Below are positions 26,301-38,352 of a DNA stretch of 64,000 bases, piece by piece. Under the pieces are notes generated by a model. That model searched no databases and was not told the origin of the DNA. It saw nothing but the letters and a program-made list of their open reading frames with translations. The position numbers and the translations under genes were made by a program. This DNA is from Antedon mediterranea (Eukaryota; Animalia; Echinodermata). The stretch spans positions 16,537,432 through 16,601,431 of the forward strand of contig NC_092679.1 of NCBI RefSeq assembly GCF_964355755.1, given 5' to 3'. The number at the start of each line of letters is the position of its first letter. Positions within the stretch are counted from its first letter, which is position 1.

Positions 26301-26681
26301 TCTGGTAGCCCTTCCGTAAGCATTTTTTGACAATTTAAACATGAAACAGTGCTTTGGTTATTTTTTTTTTTTTGCAATAGGCCTACTGAAAATGGAATTC
26401 GATAGAATTTCGAATATTGTATCCTGGCAACCATAGAACATTTCGACCGTTAGAACCGCGCGTAGAACAAAAAGATGCATTTCGAACATGTGAACGCACA
26501 CGCGCTCAAAATTATCTATATAAGCAGCGCATCGACGACCAGCTAAAAATCGACAACAACCTGAGATTTCTCTCAACCAGTTGTTTTTAACGTGCTACTG
26601 TATAGTCTACACATAACGTGTTGCTAAGCAAAATTCGAATTCGAAAATTCTAAGATTCTGTTAACTTAACAACCAAGCATC

Positions 26682-29643
26682 ATGGCCAACAAATCGATTG
26701 AGCTTCAAGAAGAAGAAGAAGAAGGAATTATGATGGACCAGTCACAACAAGAAGAAGAAGGGTAAGTCTTTAGGCTAGTTTAGGCCTCGGGCTTTTCTAA
26801 TGTAGCCTGCCCTAACTAAGCCTAGGGCCAGGCCTACTACTAGCCTAGGCCTAGCCCTAGCCTAGGCCTAGCCTAATACTTAATAGGCCTAGGACTTAAA
26901 AAACTTTAAAGAGTTTGTTTTACCAATATTATTAGGGTCTAGGCCTAGGCCTAGGCCTACTCTGGCCTAGCCTAGGCTAGCTAGCTAGGCCTAGTAGGCC
27001 CTAGGCTAGCCTACCTGCCTAGGCTAGGCCCAGATAGTAGGTAGCTAGCTAGCTAGCTAGGCCTAGCCTCTCGTCTAGGCCTAGCTTAGTAGGACTAGGC
27101 TAGGCTAGGACTATACGCTAGCTAGAGGGCCTAGCCTAGGCGCGCCTTAACTTAGGCCTACTAGTAGTAGCTAGCTAGGCCTAGGCCTAGCCCTAGATAG
27201 GCCCTAGCTAGGCCTACTAGGTCTACCTAGGGCCTAGGCCTATATAAGTATAGTATAGGCTAAGTATAAATAAGTATATGCCTACCTGTCCTAACTAGGC
27301 CTATATAGGATATGCCCATGGGCCCTAGCCTACTAGCCTAGGCCTACCTAGATAGGCATCATATAGGCTAGGTAGGTAGGCCTAGTTTAGGGCCTAACTA
27401 AATAGGCCTAGGCCTATAGCTAGGCTAGGCGGCAGGCCTAACCCTAGGCTAGACTCCTAGTTTTCTTTTAGTTAGGGATAGTCTATTATATAGTATAATA
27501 GGAGCTAGGCTAGCTAGGATAGGACCTAGCCATAGTAGGCTATGTCTATACTACTCTAGGCTAGGCCTAGTAGTAGGGCCTAGCGTGATAGTAGGCTAGT
27601 AAAAAGTAAAATATAGATAGGCTAGCCTAGACTACTAGCTAGGGTCTGGCCTACTGACTAGATCATATAGCATAGGTAGAGATGAACCTACTAGTACTAC
27701 CTAGACTACTAGGCCTACTTAGTTACTAGGCCTAGCTATCAACAAGCTAGGAGTTGAGCTAGCTAGCTAGCTAGGGAGTTACTACTAGCATAACCATAGA
27801 ATAGGCCTACTTATTATTAATATATACTAATTAGGCCTAGCTAGTAATAATAGACCCTTGCATGTAGCCCTTTAAAAACTAACCTAACCATTTAGTTAGG
27901 TATGATTTACAGTTCAAGATATGACTGTAAGGGCCTAGTAACCTAGTATTGGGCATCTCTCTGTAGTCTAGTACTACTAGTAGGAAGTAGACAGCTTATG
28001 TAAGTTCTAAGTACCACACACAAGACTAGCTCTAGTAGTAGCAATACTGTAGGTTACTTATACCAAGCTAGCTGGGGGAGCATATTCTTAATCTTATTAT
28101 ACAGATCTTATTAAATTATTATTATTGAGTAAATATATTGTGAATTTTGTTTCTCCAATTAAGTAGATCTCAACCAGATGCACCACAGCAAGCAAGAAGA
28201 AAGTCAGTATTTGGAAGGATTTGGGCAGCAGTGCTTCATCTTTTGTGTATCAGAAGCGACGAATCATCGGATAGCAACTTAAGTTCGTCATCGTTGTCAT
28301 CATCATCATCGCCATCTCTATCAGCGGGCACAGTGTCGGCATCACTGTAAGGGGTACACGTATCAGTACGACAGTCATCATCAAAGTCTCTATCAAAGTC
28401 ATCAAGATCACATTCGTCTCTGTGGCCAATGTCATCCACATCGTCATCTTCAAAATTTGCGCTTTTTCCAGGCCAGATACTTACCACACCAGGTCTATCA
28501 CCAGGGGAGGTGATTCTCCCAAAGCAACGTGTGTATAGCTCGTCGTCGTCATCATCTTCATCGTCTACCGCTCCGGTCCAGCGTATTTTCAGACAACCAA
28601 CATCAGAGTTATCACCCGGTGAGATACTAGAAAGGAGTGTGCCATCATCGTTATCATCGCAATGGCCATTGTCACCTGCCAGTAGCTTCAATGGTTCGTC
28701 CCGTTCTTCGAAAAGTAACACCACCACTTCAACACCTAAACCCGTCCTTAACGATATAGAGGCTACAATAAAACTTGCTGACATTCTGCCGCCTGCTCGG
28801 TTATTAGTTAGTTCAAGTGTTTCCCACCTTAGTAATCCTGTACGTCTTGGACAGGGAAGTTTTGGCCGCGTTGACCTGATGACATCCGATCTTTTTCCAG
28901 GCCACTATCACCTCGTCGCAGTCAAGACGGCTTCTTTGAACAGTTATAGCAATCCTAATCATGCATGGGCCAAGATGCTGGCAGAAGCGCGTGTGATGAA
29001 GTTTTTAGACGATCTGCCTTCTGTTCCTCGCGTCTTTGGCGTCTTCCGCCAAGGTGACATATGCTGTATGGTGCAGGAGTTTATCGGAAATACCTTCAGC
29101 CTTTCCAGTACCACATTCCTGGATGTATTGCGAACCGGACAGCCGTCTTTGAGCGCGCTTGAATGTATCTCTATGACATCAGAGGTTGTCATTGCGCTCA
29201 ACGAAATGCACAAACGCGGGATTCTTCACAACGATGTAGCTGCGAGAAACATTCTGATCCACCACGATGGAACCAGCTACAGAGCGAAGCTTACAGACTT
29301 CGGGATGGCATGCAGAGTAGAATATCCAAGAGGTAACAGAAAGGTAATTTTTTCATCGATGGACGAAGTAATTCAATACATGGATAATCATCCAGAGGTA
29401 GCACCAGAAAAATACATTGACGGTGCTTGCGATTCTGTTAGCGGTGACGTGTATTCCATCGGTTATGGTATACGTATTGTAGGAGTGGCAATTAGACATA
29501 GTGACATGGTTGAATTTGGAAAGGCTTGTGCATGTTTCGACGCAGAAGATCGACCATCTCTGGATTGGGTAATCAACATCTTGGACATCTATAAAGAAAA
29601 GGAGAAGAGCAATCCAAAATGCCAGGGTATCAACGGGCCTTAG
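26682..29643 (+). CDS. Non-RD (HND) protein kinase with Ser-rich N-terminus; two exons, one in-frame TAA (possible pseudogene/null allele or shorter isoform from 28429)
   Basis: Exon 1 26682-26761 (MANKSIELQEEEE..., GG|GTAAGT, phase 2) joins in frame to exon 2 at 28164/28167. TAA at 28348-28350 is in the same frame as the 28429-29643 ORF. Kinase motifs GQGSFGRV, VAVK, alphaC E, HNDVAARNIL, DFG, APE, DVYSIG and RPS are all present. TATA-like TATATAA at ~26517. Confidence 0.8.
26770..28075. repeat. Low-complexity CTAG/TAGGCCTA/AGCT palindrome-rich tract (kinase intron 1)
   Basis: About 1.3 kb built largely of overlapping TAGGCCTA, GCTAGC and CTAG motifs without a fixed period. Confidence 0.9.
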
Positions 29644-30399
29644 TTTTTTTTTAATATAGTTTTTAATTATTAACATATAAACAATATAAACAAATAAAGC
29701 TCAGATATAATAATAAGAATAAATTAATATTAATTATGTTTCAATAATGATTATAATAAAATAATAATAATATAGTAATAATGAAAAAATTGATAATAAA
29801 TAGTATTAAAATGACAATCAAGAACATTAATAATAAAATCCCGCCAATTTATGTGCGTTTCTTTTTTAAGTTCATTCTTAATTAAACATTTTAAATAAAA
29901 TTACAAAATAGATGAAGCTCACAAAACATTATTTTAAGAACGAACATTTTAAGTTGCTATTGGTAAGTATTGTAAAAAAGTAAGTATAAGACTTATAGTT
30001 TCTATTTTTAACATATATATTTAAAAAAGTAATAAAAAACTCTTTTATTTGTTTAAACAAGGTTAGATGTCCTATAATTTTTAATTATAATTCTTTATTA
30101 TAATTTTTATATTTCAATATATTGTAATCAAAAACATACAAAAAGCTCGCGTTTATAAAACATCATTTTTCTTATATTTTTTTTTCTCTATTTTTAGGTT
30201 ACCACGATACAGTCTTGCTAAAAAGTACATGACGTTTATTCACGAAAGTCATCCTTTAACCCAATATACTGTAGGTAAATTATTATTCTATTGTATTTAA
30301 GATTGTAATACATCGATCTATATATTTTATTATATTTATATTATTAAACGTTTTCTCTTACTCAAATAAATACATTTTATTATAGTATAACTTAACTTG

Positions 30400-32020
30400 T
30401 TATTTTTTCTTTTCATGCAAACCTGCCACGACTACAAAATGATGATCAAGAGGTAATTAAAATTGTATTTATTTCTTTAAATATTTTTGTGGAAAATCTG
30501 TGTATCTTTTATAAGCTTACCTAACTAACTGTTTTCTTTTCGTTAATACTTGTCGAGTAAATTACAATCAACAAGACCTCGATACCAGGCTAATGTTGTC
30601 AACATAATATTAAGTAAGAGCAGTCATAATTGTTACCTAAAACTCTATCCACCAAAATATTAAAAAACGTACAATTGATTTGTTTATAACCGTGTAATAG
30701 AGTAATTATTATTTATTTATTTTTTTAAATGTTGTTTTTCATTGATACTTGTCGGGGGAACTACATCAACAATCGACACCAAGCTGATGTTATCAACATT
30801 TTATGTAAGAAGAGTCACAATTGTTAACTACAACTCTATCCACCAAACTGTCATATACAATATTTGTTTATAAGTGTGTAATAATTATTGTTTTTTTGTT
30901 ATAAATACTTTCTGATGGCGACACGACATAATCAAGTCAATATCAACATTTTAGGTATGAACATTTAATCACGTTATACTACTCTAGTCTGGCCAAGGCA
31001 ATCGAAATTGGTCGAGCTATTACAAGTTATACCAACATTAAGTATTGTTTAATTTTATTATGTTTAAAACTTTGATAATTCTTTCATTTTATTAATTGGC
31101 GAGAGCACTATTACTACGACTTATCAAAAAGAAGTCAAAATCGTGATGTTAGCAACATTTTAGGTAACGACATTACATTTTTGTTATGAATTCGAATTTG
31201 AATTAACCTAGTTGAATTAGCCTAAGCGTTTTACATACAAATATCTTTTTTTATATAACTTTGTAATTTAATTTTTTCCTCTCATTTTCGGGAAGTACCA
31301 CAACTTATCACCAAGAAGGTAATATTAAATTTATGTCTCCAACATTTTAGGTACCACTGACAGTTGATGTTTGAAAATTATATTTTAGTTTTTAAAAGTT
31401 AAATTAAACGTTTTACAAATAATATACAAATGCTTTACTTGCTTTGAAATTCTTTTTTCTTTTCATGAATACGCAAACCAACTCATCACCAAGAATTTCA
31501 AGATGATGTTTTAATATTTCAGGTACAACAACCAGTCACAGTTAAATTCGAGTCTAGATTGTGAAATTTTAACCATACAAATATGTATTTAGTTTATACT
31601 TTTATAATTTTTTTTTTCTTTTCATGAACGGGAAGCAACTCATCACCAATAATTTGAAGAGGGTGTTTTAATATTTCAGGTACAACGACCAGTCACAGTT
31701 AAATTCGAGTCTAGATTGTGAAATTTTAACCATACAAATATATGTTTTTTTATACTTTATAATTACGTTTTCTTTTCATGTGCTGGAACCTACCCAAGAA
31801 GTTAATACCAAGATGATGTTCTCAACATTTTAGTTTAGGTAAAAAGAGTCAACCTGATATGACCACAGTTGTTACTTTAAAGTTGAATCTACCTTGCTTT
31901 CAGATATGGCATTTATTTTATCTGTCTTGTCTTTTCATGAATACGTTTTGATGGAACTATCTCACAACTCATCAAGTTACTGTATATATTATCAAAGAGG
32001 ATGTTCTTATTTTGTACATG
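30400..32020 (+). repeat. Diverged tandem array of ~10 exon-intron-like units (150-210 bp)
   Basis: Each unit has a TTTTCTTTTCATG pyrimidine tract, ACTCATCACCAAGAA...GATGATGTT..CAACATTTTAG, then a GT donor-like site (30453, 30614, 30805, 30955, 31164, 31351, 31523, 31680, 31839, 32014) and an AT-rich spacer containing CATACAAATAT. Confidence 0.8.
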
Positions 32021-32061
32021 ACGAACCTTTTTATTCTTTTTTTAAATGACAATTTAAATTT

Positions 32062-32370
32062 GAGCGAGTCATATGGCCGAGCGGTTAAGGCAGGGGCGCC
32101 GTTTACCGTACCTAAAGAGCCAACAACAACATCGGCAAGGGTTCGAGGCCGACTCGCTCCTAGTTCTGGTGGTGGAACAAGTCTTCTCGGATAAGGACTA
32201 TAAACCGTAGGTCCAGTGTACACAGTTATAACCTGTGTGTACTTTAAAGAACCCAGTTCATTATTCGAAAAAGAGTAGGGGGTTACCCCGGTGAACTGGT
32301 TCACACAATAGCCCATGTATCAGGGGGATTACCACCTATCTGATAGGACAGTGATTACATAACACTTGAA
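32062..32370 (+). mobile_element. tRNA-derived Deu-domain SINE (near full length)
   Basis: A box TGGCCGAGCGG and B box GGTTCGAGGCC; the head is closed by GAGCGAGTC/GACTCGCTC. Deu-like core GACTATAAACCGTAGGTCC...TTAAAGAACCCAG...CGAAAAAGAGTAGGGGGTTACCCCGGTG. Confidence 0.85.
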
Positions 32371-33444
32371 TGTGTTTATTTAGGTGATCTATGTAACAGA
32401 ATGAAAGATGATAATTCAGAATCGTGGTATTTTAATGATTGAATCCCCTGGACATTTTGATTTTTCAACTCTCATTCCTTTTAAACAAGTTAAAATTAGA
32501 TCGTGGCGGGGTGAACATCTCTCGACATGCGGCCTCGGTAACAACTGTTATAAATAATGCTATTCATGAATGCAATAATAACGTCATTTAACACTGTATG
32601 GTATTGACAATCTAATAGATCTCAGATTCCTATTAAAATGATATAGTAGTTTGTATTAATATTAGTACAATGTGTTGCATCCGAAACATAACTTACTTAC
32701 TTGTTAATTTAAACAAGAATATAAATCTAACAATATCATTACTACTAAGATCTGCCGTTTACAGTAGTTTAACATTTTAAATAATGACAATAATAAAGTT
32801 TGTTCGGCAGTTAATGTACTGGGGAACCTGGGGAAAAGTAAGTCATGCTTGTTTAAAAAATTCTCTTACTCTATTATTAACTATTTTGCTGCTATTACAA
32901 ATAAATCAATTTAATAAATAAATATTACGGTACAACACATAATTCGTTATAGTATTCAAATTAAACGCATGCTTGTAATTTGTAAAATGCATTAAAACAA
33001 TACATATTTGACACCTACTATCGTGTGTGTTATTATTCATTTGCAGAACTTGTAAGTCGTCTGTTAGTGTTAGTAGAGCGATTCCCAGAATCCTGAACAC
33101 TAGAATCTTCCACCACCATTGTTTGTCGGAAACAACATGATTTTTCATTCGTGCAACACCCGATCAATTCCGAAATTATACCTCCCTGATTACAGTATAT
33201 ACTCGATGAAATGGGATCAACATTTCAATTTGGTGGCAGAAAAACATTTAGTATGAAATTAAGGGTGTTGCCTGGGCAACATCCCTGGGTCCGCCCCTGA
33301 AGATCCATCCAAGATCAAACTTGTTCTGATATATTGTTCGCATGATTGATGCAATTAAAATTAGAACAAATTGAATTAGAGCACATGGCTTATCACAGTG
33401 GCAAACCAAATTATTAAATTATCTGAGTATTTATTTTTTAAATA

Positions 33445-33648
33445 AGTTTGATATTGAAAATATGTGTAGTTGGTCGCTTCCTTGTAGATGCTTAATTGTA
33501 GATTGTATTTTCTTTTGTGCTCTGTTCTGGGTTGACCAACTAGCATATAGGTGTTTGGTATTTCTTTGCCTTTTATATTTGTTTTGTTTTCTTTGTATTG
33601 TATAATATGGCAGAAAATTGAATTAAATAAATAAAATAAATAAATAAA
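33445..33648 (+). mobile_element. Dispersed retroelement 3'-tail repeat ending in (AATAA)n
   Basis: Closely similar ~200-bp copy at ~60826-61042 and a short piece at ~25785-25832. Ends ATGGCAGAAAATTGAAT(AAATA)n. Confidence 0.65.
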
Positions 33649-33845
33649 AGACAAGTAAAATTGATAATCTTAGCAGCATGCACAACGCCACGTAGTTTTA
33701 TTGTGTCTGTAAAAATATAACCTCTTATTCAATTACACATTAAACCGTCTGAAAGCCTATTTTACCAAGTTAGTGCTAATGAAGAATCCTCGGATACGTG
33801 AACTTTTTTGCTTTTGTGATTCAGTATAAATTATCTTATTATGTC

Positions 33846-36800
33846 CTACTCAATTGTTATCAATTGCTTTACATCAGATGTATACCGCTTATTGAGAGAC
33901 GTGTCGTCACCAAGCATAAAGTGCTGACTCATGTCTTTTGAATATTTTGAAGCAGGGGGACGATGCCCCACGCTTTCTGCCAGAGCTCGCGTGTAGTGAG
34001 GAGAGTTACCACAGCACACACCTACATAGCCAATTCCCATTTCTTTGCAGCGTTTTCCAAATTCATAGATGTCAGCTCGTGTACAAAGAGCACAGTCTAA
34101 GTTGTCTGGAAACAAACGTTTTCCTGTAGAATGCAAATAAAAAGAGTTGTTGCTTCCTTTTATACGGGAAATTTGAATACATAGAACAAAAAACGGAATT
34201 AAGGTATATAAACACTCGCAACAAAAAACAAGAATTAAACCTGTTTTTGAATCAGTTAAAAGCTGCATGTTTGGTTTGTCGTCTGTAGTGCGGTAAGGCA
34301 CAGGTACGCAGGCCAGTGGTTTCTGAAAAGTAAAACAATTATACAGCTTTCAGTTTTATAAATGAAAGAAAATAAGAATTACTTATCTGTATATAAAGAC
34401 AATTTAAAAAGGTGTGATCGGGTACTCTGTGAAAACGAAGGTTTTTACAAAAAAAATCCATATTGAACAAATGGATGTGGTGGGTACCCTCATAAAACCC
34501 CTCTCTGTCCACACGTCACTGCTTGACAGTACAGAAAAAAGGGATACAATAGACTGGCATGGGTTAGAGTTAATGATTTTTATTTATTTATTTTTTTATT
34601 CAACTTTATTTATAGAGGGTGACCCTCAGCGTATGCTGGCAATCAAGATAATTGTCTGTGTGTGACAGTGGCTGTGTGTATTAATACTGTTATAGTATTA
34701 CGTATGCCTAAAACCCGATGATTCATTACTCGACACAACAATTAAAGATTGCCTTCTTAGCTCTACTTATATTTACCTTACAATTTTCCTTAACTATATG
34801 CATGATATTCAGTGTCGTCTCTGGTCCACGTGCGCAGTTCAGACCAATCACATCAGCTCCTGCATCTTCCAGCATCTTGATGGCATCACTAAGTTTTACA
34901 TTATCAAGCGTAGCTGGAACGCCTTCGATTGTATTCTGGTAAATTGAAATGGTTACAACAGCTGGGAGACCTGTAGAAGAATAAGGAAATCTAAAAAATA
35001 GCCAATATCGATGTAATTTCCGAGAAAATTGACCGAATTCGCCTATCCCATTTAAAGCTCTGTCTACACATCAAACTTTATGTGACAAAAAAAAAATGTG
35101 ATGTGCCCATATAAAGCTCTGTTACACTATCAAACTAGTTTGATAAAAAAAAGTGTGACGTGCCCAAATATGGTAATGACACCCAAATATGGTTGTGATA
35201 TGACATCATCACGTCATAAAATGTGATAGTGTAGAGAGAACTTTATAGACATGATGATGTCATATCACTGCCATATTTAGGCATATCGCCACCATATTTG
35301 GAAACATCACACCTTTTTTTGTAAAACTAGTTTGATAGTGTAGACAGCGCTTAAGAATGGATATGAGACTCTCCCCTCAGTCCAATCCTATTCACGTTGG
35401 AGAAATTGACTCAAATGTTACCTGAACCATATTCCTTGATGGCTTTCACGGACAATAATGCTTCCCCAATATCACCACAAGTTTCAGATAGGATATAGTC
35501 TGCGCCTTCTTCAACAGCCCATACAATTTGTTCCTGAACATTAAAAGTAACTTAGTAGTACTTCGTGTTATTAAATAACACATTTTGTTGTAGGCTACAC
35601 TAATAATTCACGTGATAGACCTAGATGTAACCAATACGTAAATAATCTCTCTACCCGACGCGCGACGACATCTGTAATTTCAGAGAACAACATTATCGTG
35701 CCCATTAATTTAGTTTTGATTTAAAGCTAAAAGCCAACTCTGACAGCGTCGTTTGAAACATGTTTAAAGTTCCCGCGACGACCTGCTAGCCCGACGCTAT
35801 CTCAAGACGACTTGTTGTCAGCACCGACGAGTCAAGACGTTTCGTCGGGCCTCGTCGTAAGACTCTGTTTGAGCATGGACCTAATGGTCTGAGTTGGCCT
35901 TTAGAAAGTGGAGTAGAAAGAGTCGTGAGTACAAAATTACAACCCAGTGGCACAAGGTCAGGATTGAACCCTGGACCTTAGGATTGGAAGGAACCACCAA
36001 TCTAGAGATCGACTACAAAAAAAAACAGCATTAGGCCTACCCTAAATATTTCCATAATTTTACTTTCACACGTAGGATCGTCTGGTTTATATAATGTTGT
36101 GTTGCAGATATTTCCCGCCATTAGCGTCCCAGTCTCGTCTGCCACCTCTCTCGCCAACTTTAACGCAGTTCGGTTCATTTTTTCAAGATCTTGTTCACGT
36201 CCTATTAACCTCATCTTCTCACGATGGGCATAATACTGAAATAGAGAACAACTTGTATTATCATTTTTCATCTTCAGGAAGAAATGGGTTACCTGCGTTT
36301 TCTAATAGGATAAGATACGTATGATTAGACGTGCGTATTAGGTTACGTAAACGCAATTAAATGGTATTATACGTTTTCGTCGTGTGTAGAGCGTAAAAGT
36401 ATAGGCCTATTGAATTAAAAGAAATTCTGATTTTAATTATTTATTGTTACATGAGATTTATAACGCATTCTGAATTTGATGACAATTTTTGTATAATTCT
36501 GTTAAAACGTTTCGTATCGAGATATAATGGTCTCCATATCACATTTGACTATATTGAATAATGCCCCTGAGCGCAGTCAATATTTGTATTATATAAAATT
36601 GCAAAGATCATACGTACGGTAAACGCTACAACAACATCGCTACCAGCATGTGTGAATTCCCAGTACTGCTGACGAACCAACTCGGGGTACTCTAAAATAA
36701 CTTCTGGGACAAAAGCCCCCGCTTTCAGCAAACCCCTTCTTTCAAACAAAAACAGGTATCCCTCAGCCACCACGACAGTTTCACCATTGTTCAAGCGCTC

Positions 36801-38352
36801 TAACAAACCTGATGAAAAAATGAAGTTTTTTGGTTTTCTTTATTTTATTACTAAAAATAGGCCTATATTCATTTCATAATATTCATAGCTTAACATATAC
36901 AATACATCTCCTTAAATGTTAAGTTCTTAACACATTCACTTAGCGTATTAATTCTTTAACGTATTCATTTTCTTAAACATATTCATTTCTTAACAAATTC
37001 ACTTAGCGTATTCATTTCTGAATAACGTATTCATTTTCTTAAACATATTCATTTCTTAACATAATCATTTTGGCATCCTTTCTTAACACAATTCATATTT
37101 TGGCATAGGCCTATTCATTTATTAACAATCATATTTTAGCATTCATTCATTTAATAAATTTAAGTTGCCATTTTAAAAATTCATCTAATCATATTTTTAG
37201 TTACCGGTACTTTATATCTATTTAAAATACTGGTAGCTCTTGTATTCAGTGAATTAATTGAAAAAATTTAAGGGAGTTGTTTCCCACAATGACGCAGGGG
37301 TGGGGGTGCGGTGGGGGTATACACAAGCCCTAAAGGTTCAAGGGTAAGCATTGGTGGAGTTTGGGAGCTAGAAAAATGTTTGTTTTTGCATTAGATTAGG
37401 AACACATTACTTAAACGAGAAAAGATAAATTAGTACGATAAGATTAGGGCGGAACGTTGTAAAAGATATACGACTGCTGTGCAATTTATTTCATAATATG
37501 GCCTATGTTGGCTATCCAAAGTAGTATTCATCGAGATAATTACAAAATTTTGGTTCCCACTAGCGACGCAACGTAACGCAACCTACGCAACGTAAGAAAA
37601 TGCCCTTCCGATAATTGCGTTGCCCCGCCAGTGTGAAGTCAAACCTTCGATGTTGTTTGCAGCACTATTGCGTCGTCGGTTCCCGGTCCCACTTGTGATT
37701 ACGTAACAATACAGCACGTCGATACGTCGCTGCGTTACGCTGCGTTGCGTTCTAGTGGGAACCACGCTTACCGTCGATGATGTGATATGATGTTACGTGT
37801 GATACAGACCGCTCTTGGCTTGTTTAAATTTAATAATACTTTTTTTTTTTTACAAATACAAATCATGGCTTGAACAAAGTAACCAAATTAGTCATTAGGT
37901 TAAAGTAGGCACTTCACTTTCCTCATATTTATGAACACTAATTACATAATGATTATTTCCGATAACAGTCACACAGAGACCAGGTCACATAGTAGGCCTA
38001 TGCCTAATCGAGAACGTTTAGTTGAACATGGTTGTATGAAATAGGCCACACAATCAATCAAAATAGTAGCCCTATAAAAAATGATACAAAATGCATAATG
38101 CGTATTTCTCAGAGCTCAAGGCACAATTATTATCTCCTTTGATGTGTTTTACTGAACGATATATTTCCATGTGGACGTCAGGTTGAGCTAGCTTCGTACC
38201 TCAACATGTGAACGTGCATAGAATAGAAATGGTTCGAATCATAATGCTTCCAACAAGACCATGCAAATAAGAATAGGCCTTAAAGCTCAGTATTACGACA
38301 ACCCAATTAATCTTCCACACCCCCACGTCCTACCTTTTACTTGTGTAGCCAT
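33846..38352 (-). CDS. BHMT: Betaine/S-methylmethionine--homocysteine S-methyltransferase family protein
   Basis: Exons (minus) 38352-38334, 36808-36618, 36235-36041, 35533-35422, 34970-34777, 34322-34241 and 34123-33846. [42 protein letters not shown], zinc-ligand motifs GLNC and GVCCG. Short C-terminus. Confidence 0.93.
35731..35900. mobile_element. Harbinger-like MITE
   Basis: AAGCCAACTCTGAC ... GTCTGAGTTGGCCT inverted ends with CGACG-rich interior. Confidence 0.6.
36865..37165. repeat. Degenerate AT-rich tandem repeat (ATTCATTTCTTAACAT-like)
   Basis: Recurrent 15-17-bp motif in BHMT intron 1. Confidence 0.75.

Larger units (their letters stand above)
24389..33299. mobile_element. ~8.9-kb non-autonomous TIR DNA transposon (hAT5-like ends) carrying cargo genes
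   Basis: Left end AAGAT|CAGGGGCGGACGCAGGGG...TAATTTCATACTAA; right end TTAGTATGAAATTA...CCCTGGGTCCGCCCCTG|AAGAT. Imperfect ~80-90-bp TIRs and an exact 5-bp TSD (24384-24388 / 33300-33304). No transposase ORF seen. Confidence 0.75.

Noticed and set aside
26390-26660. Heat-shock elements in the kinase promoter
   Set aside because: GAA/TTC-rich, but no run of three correctly phased nGAAn units.
28236-28784. Asp-rich 182-aa minus-strand ORF
   Set aside because: Antisense reading of the (TCA/TCG)n Ser-rich kinase N-terminus.
32062-32160. tRNA gene (also 8925-9000)
   Set aside because: A and B boxes are present, but the cloverleaf is degenerate and continues into SINE body and tail sequences.
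24389-33299. Maverick/Polinton or endogenous virus
   Set aside because: The TSD is 5 bp rather than 6, the ends are CAGGGG not AG-repeat type, and no polB, integrase, ATPase or capsid ORF is visible.
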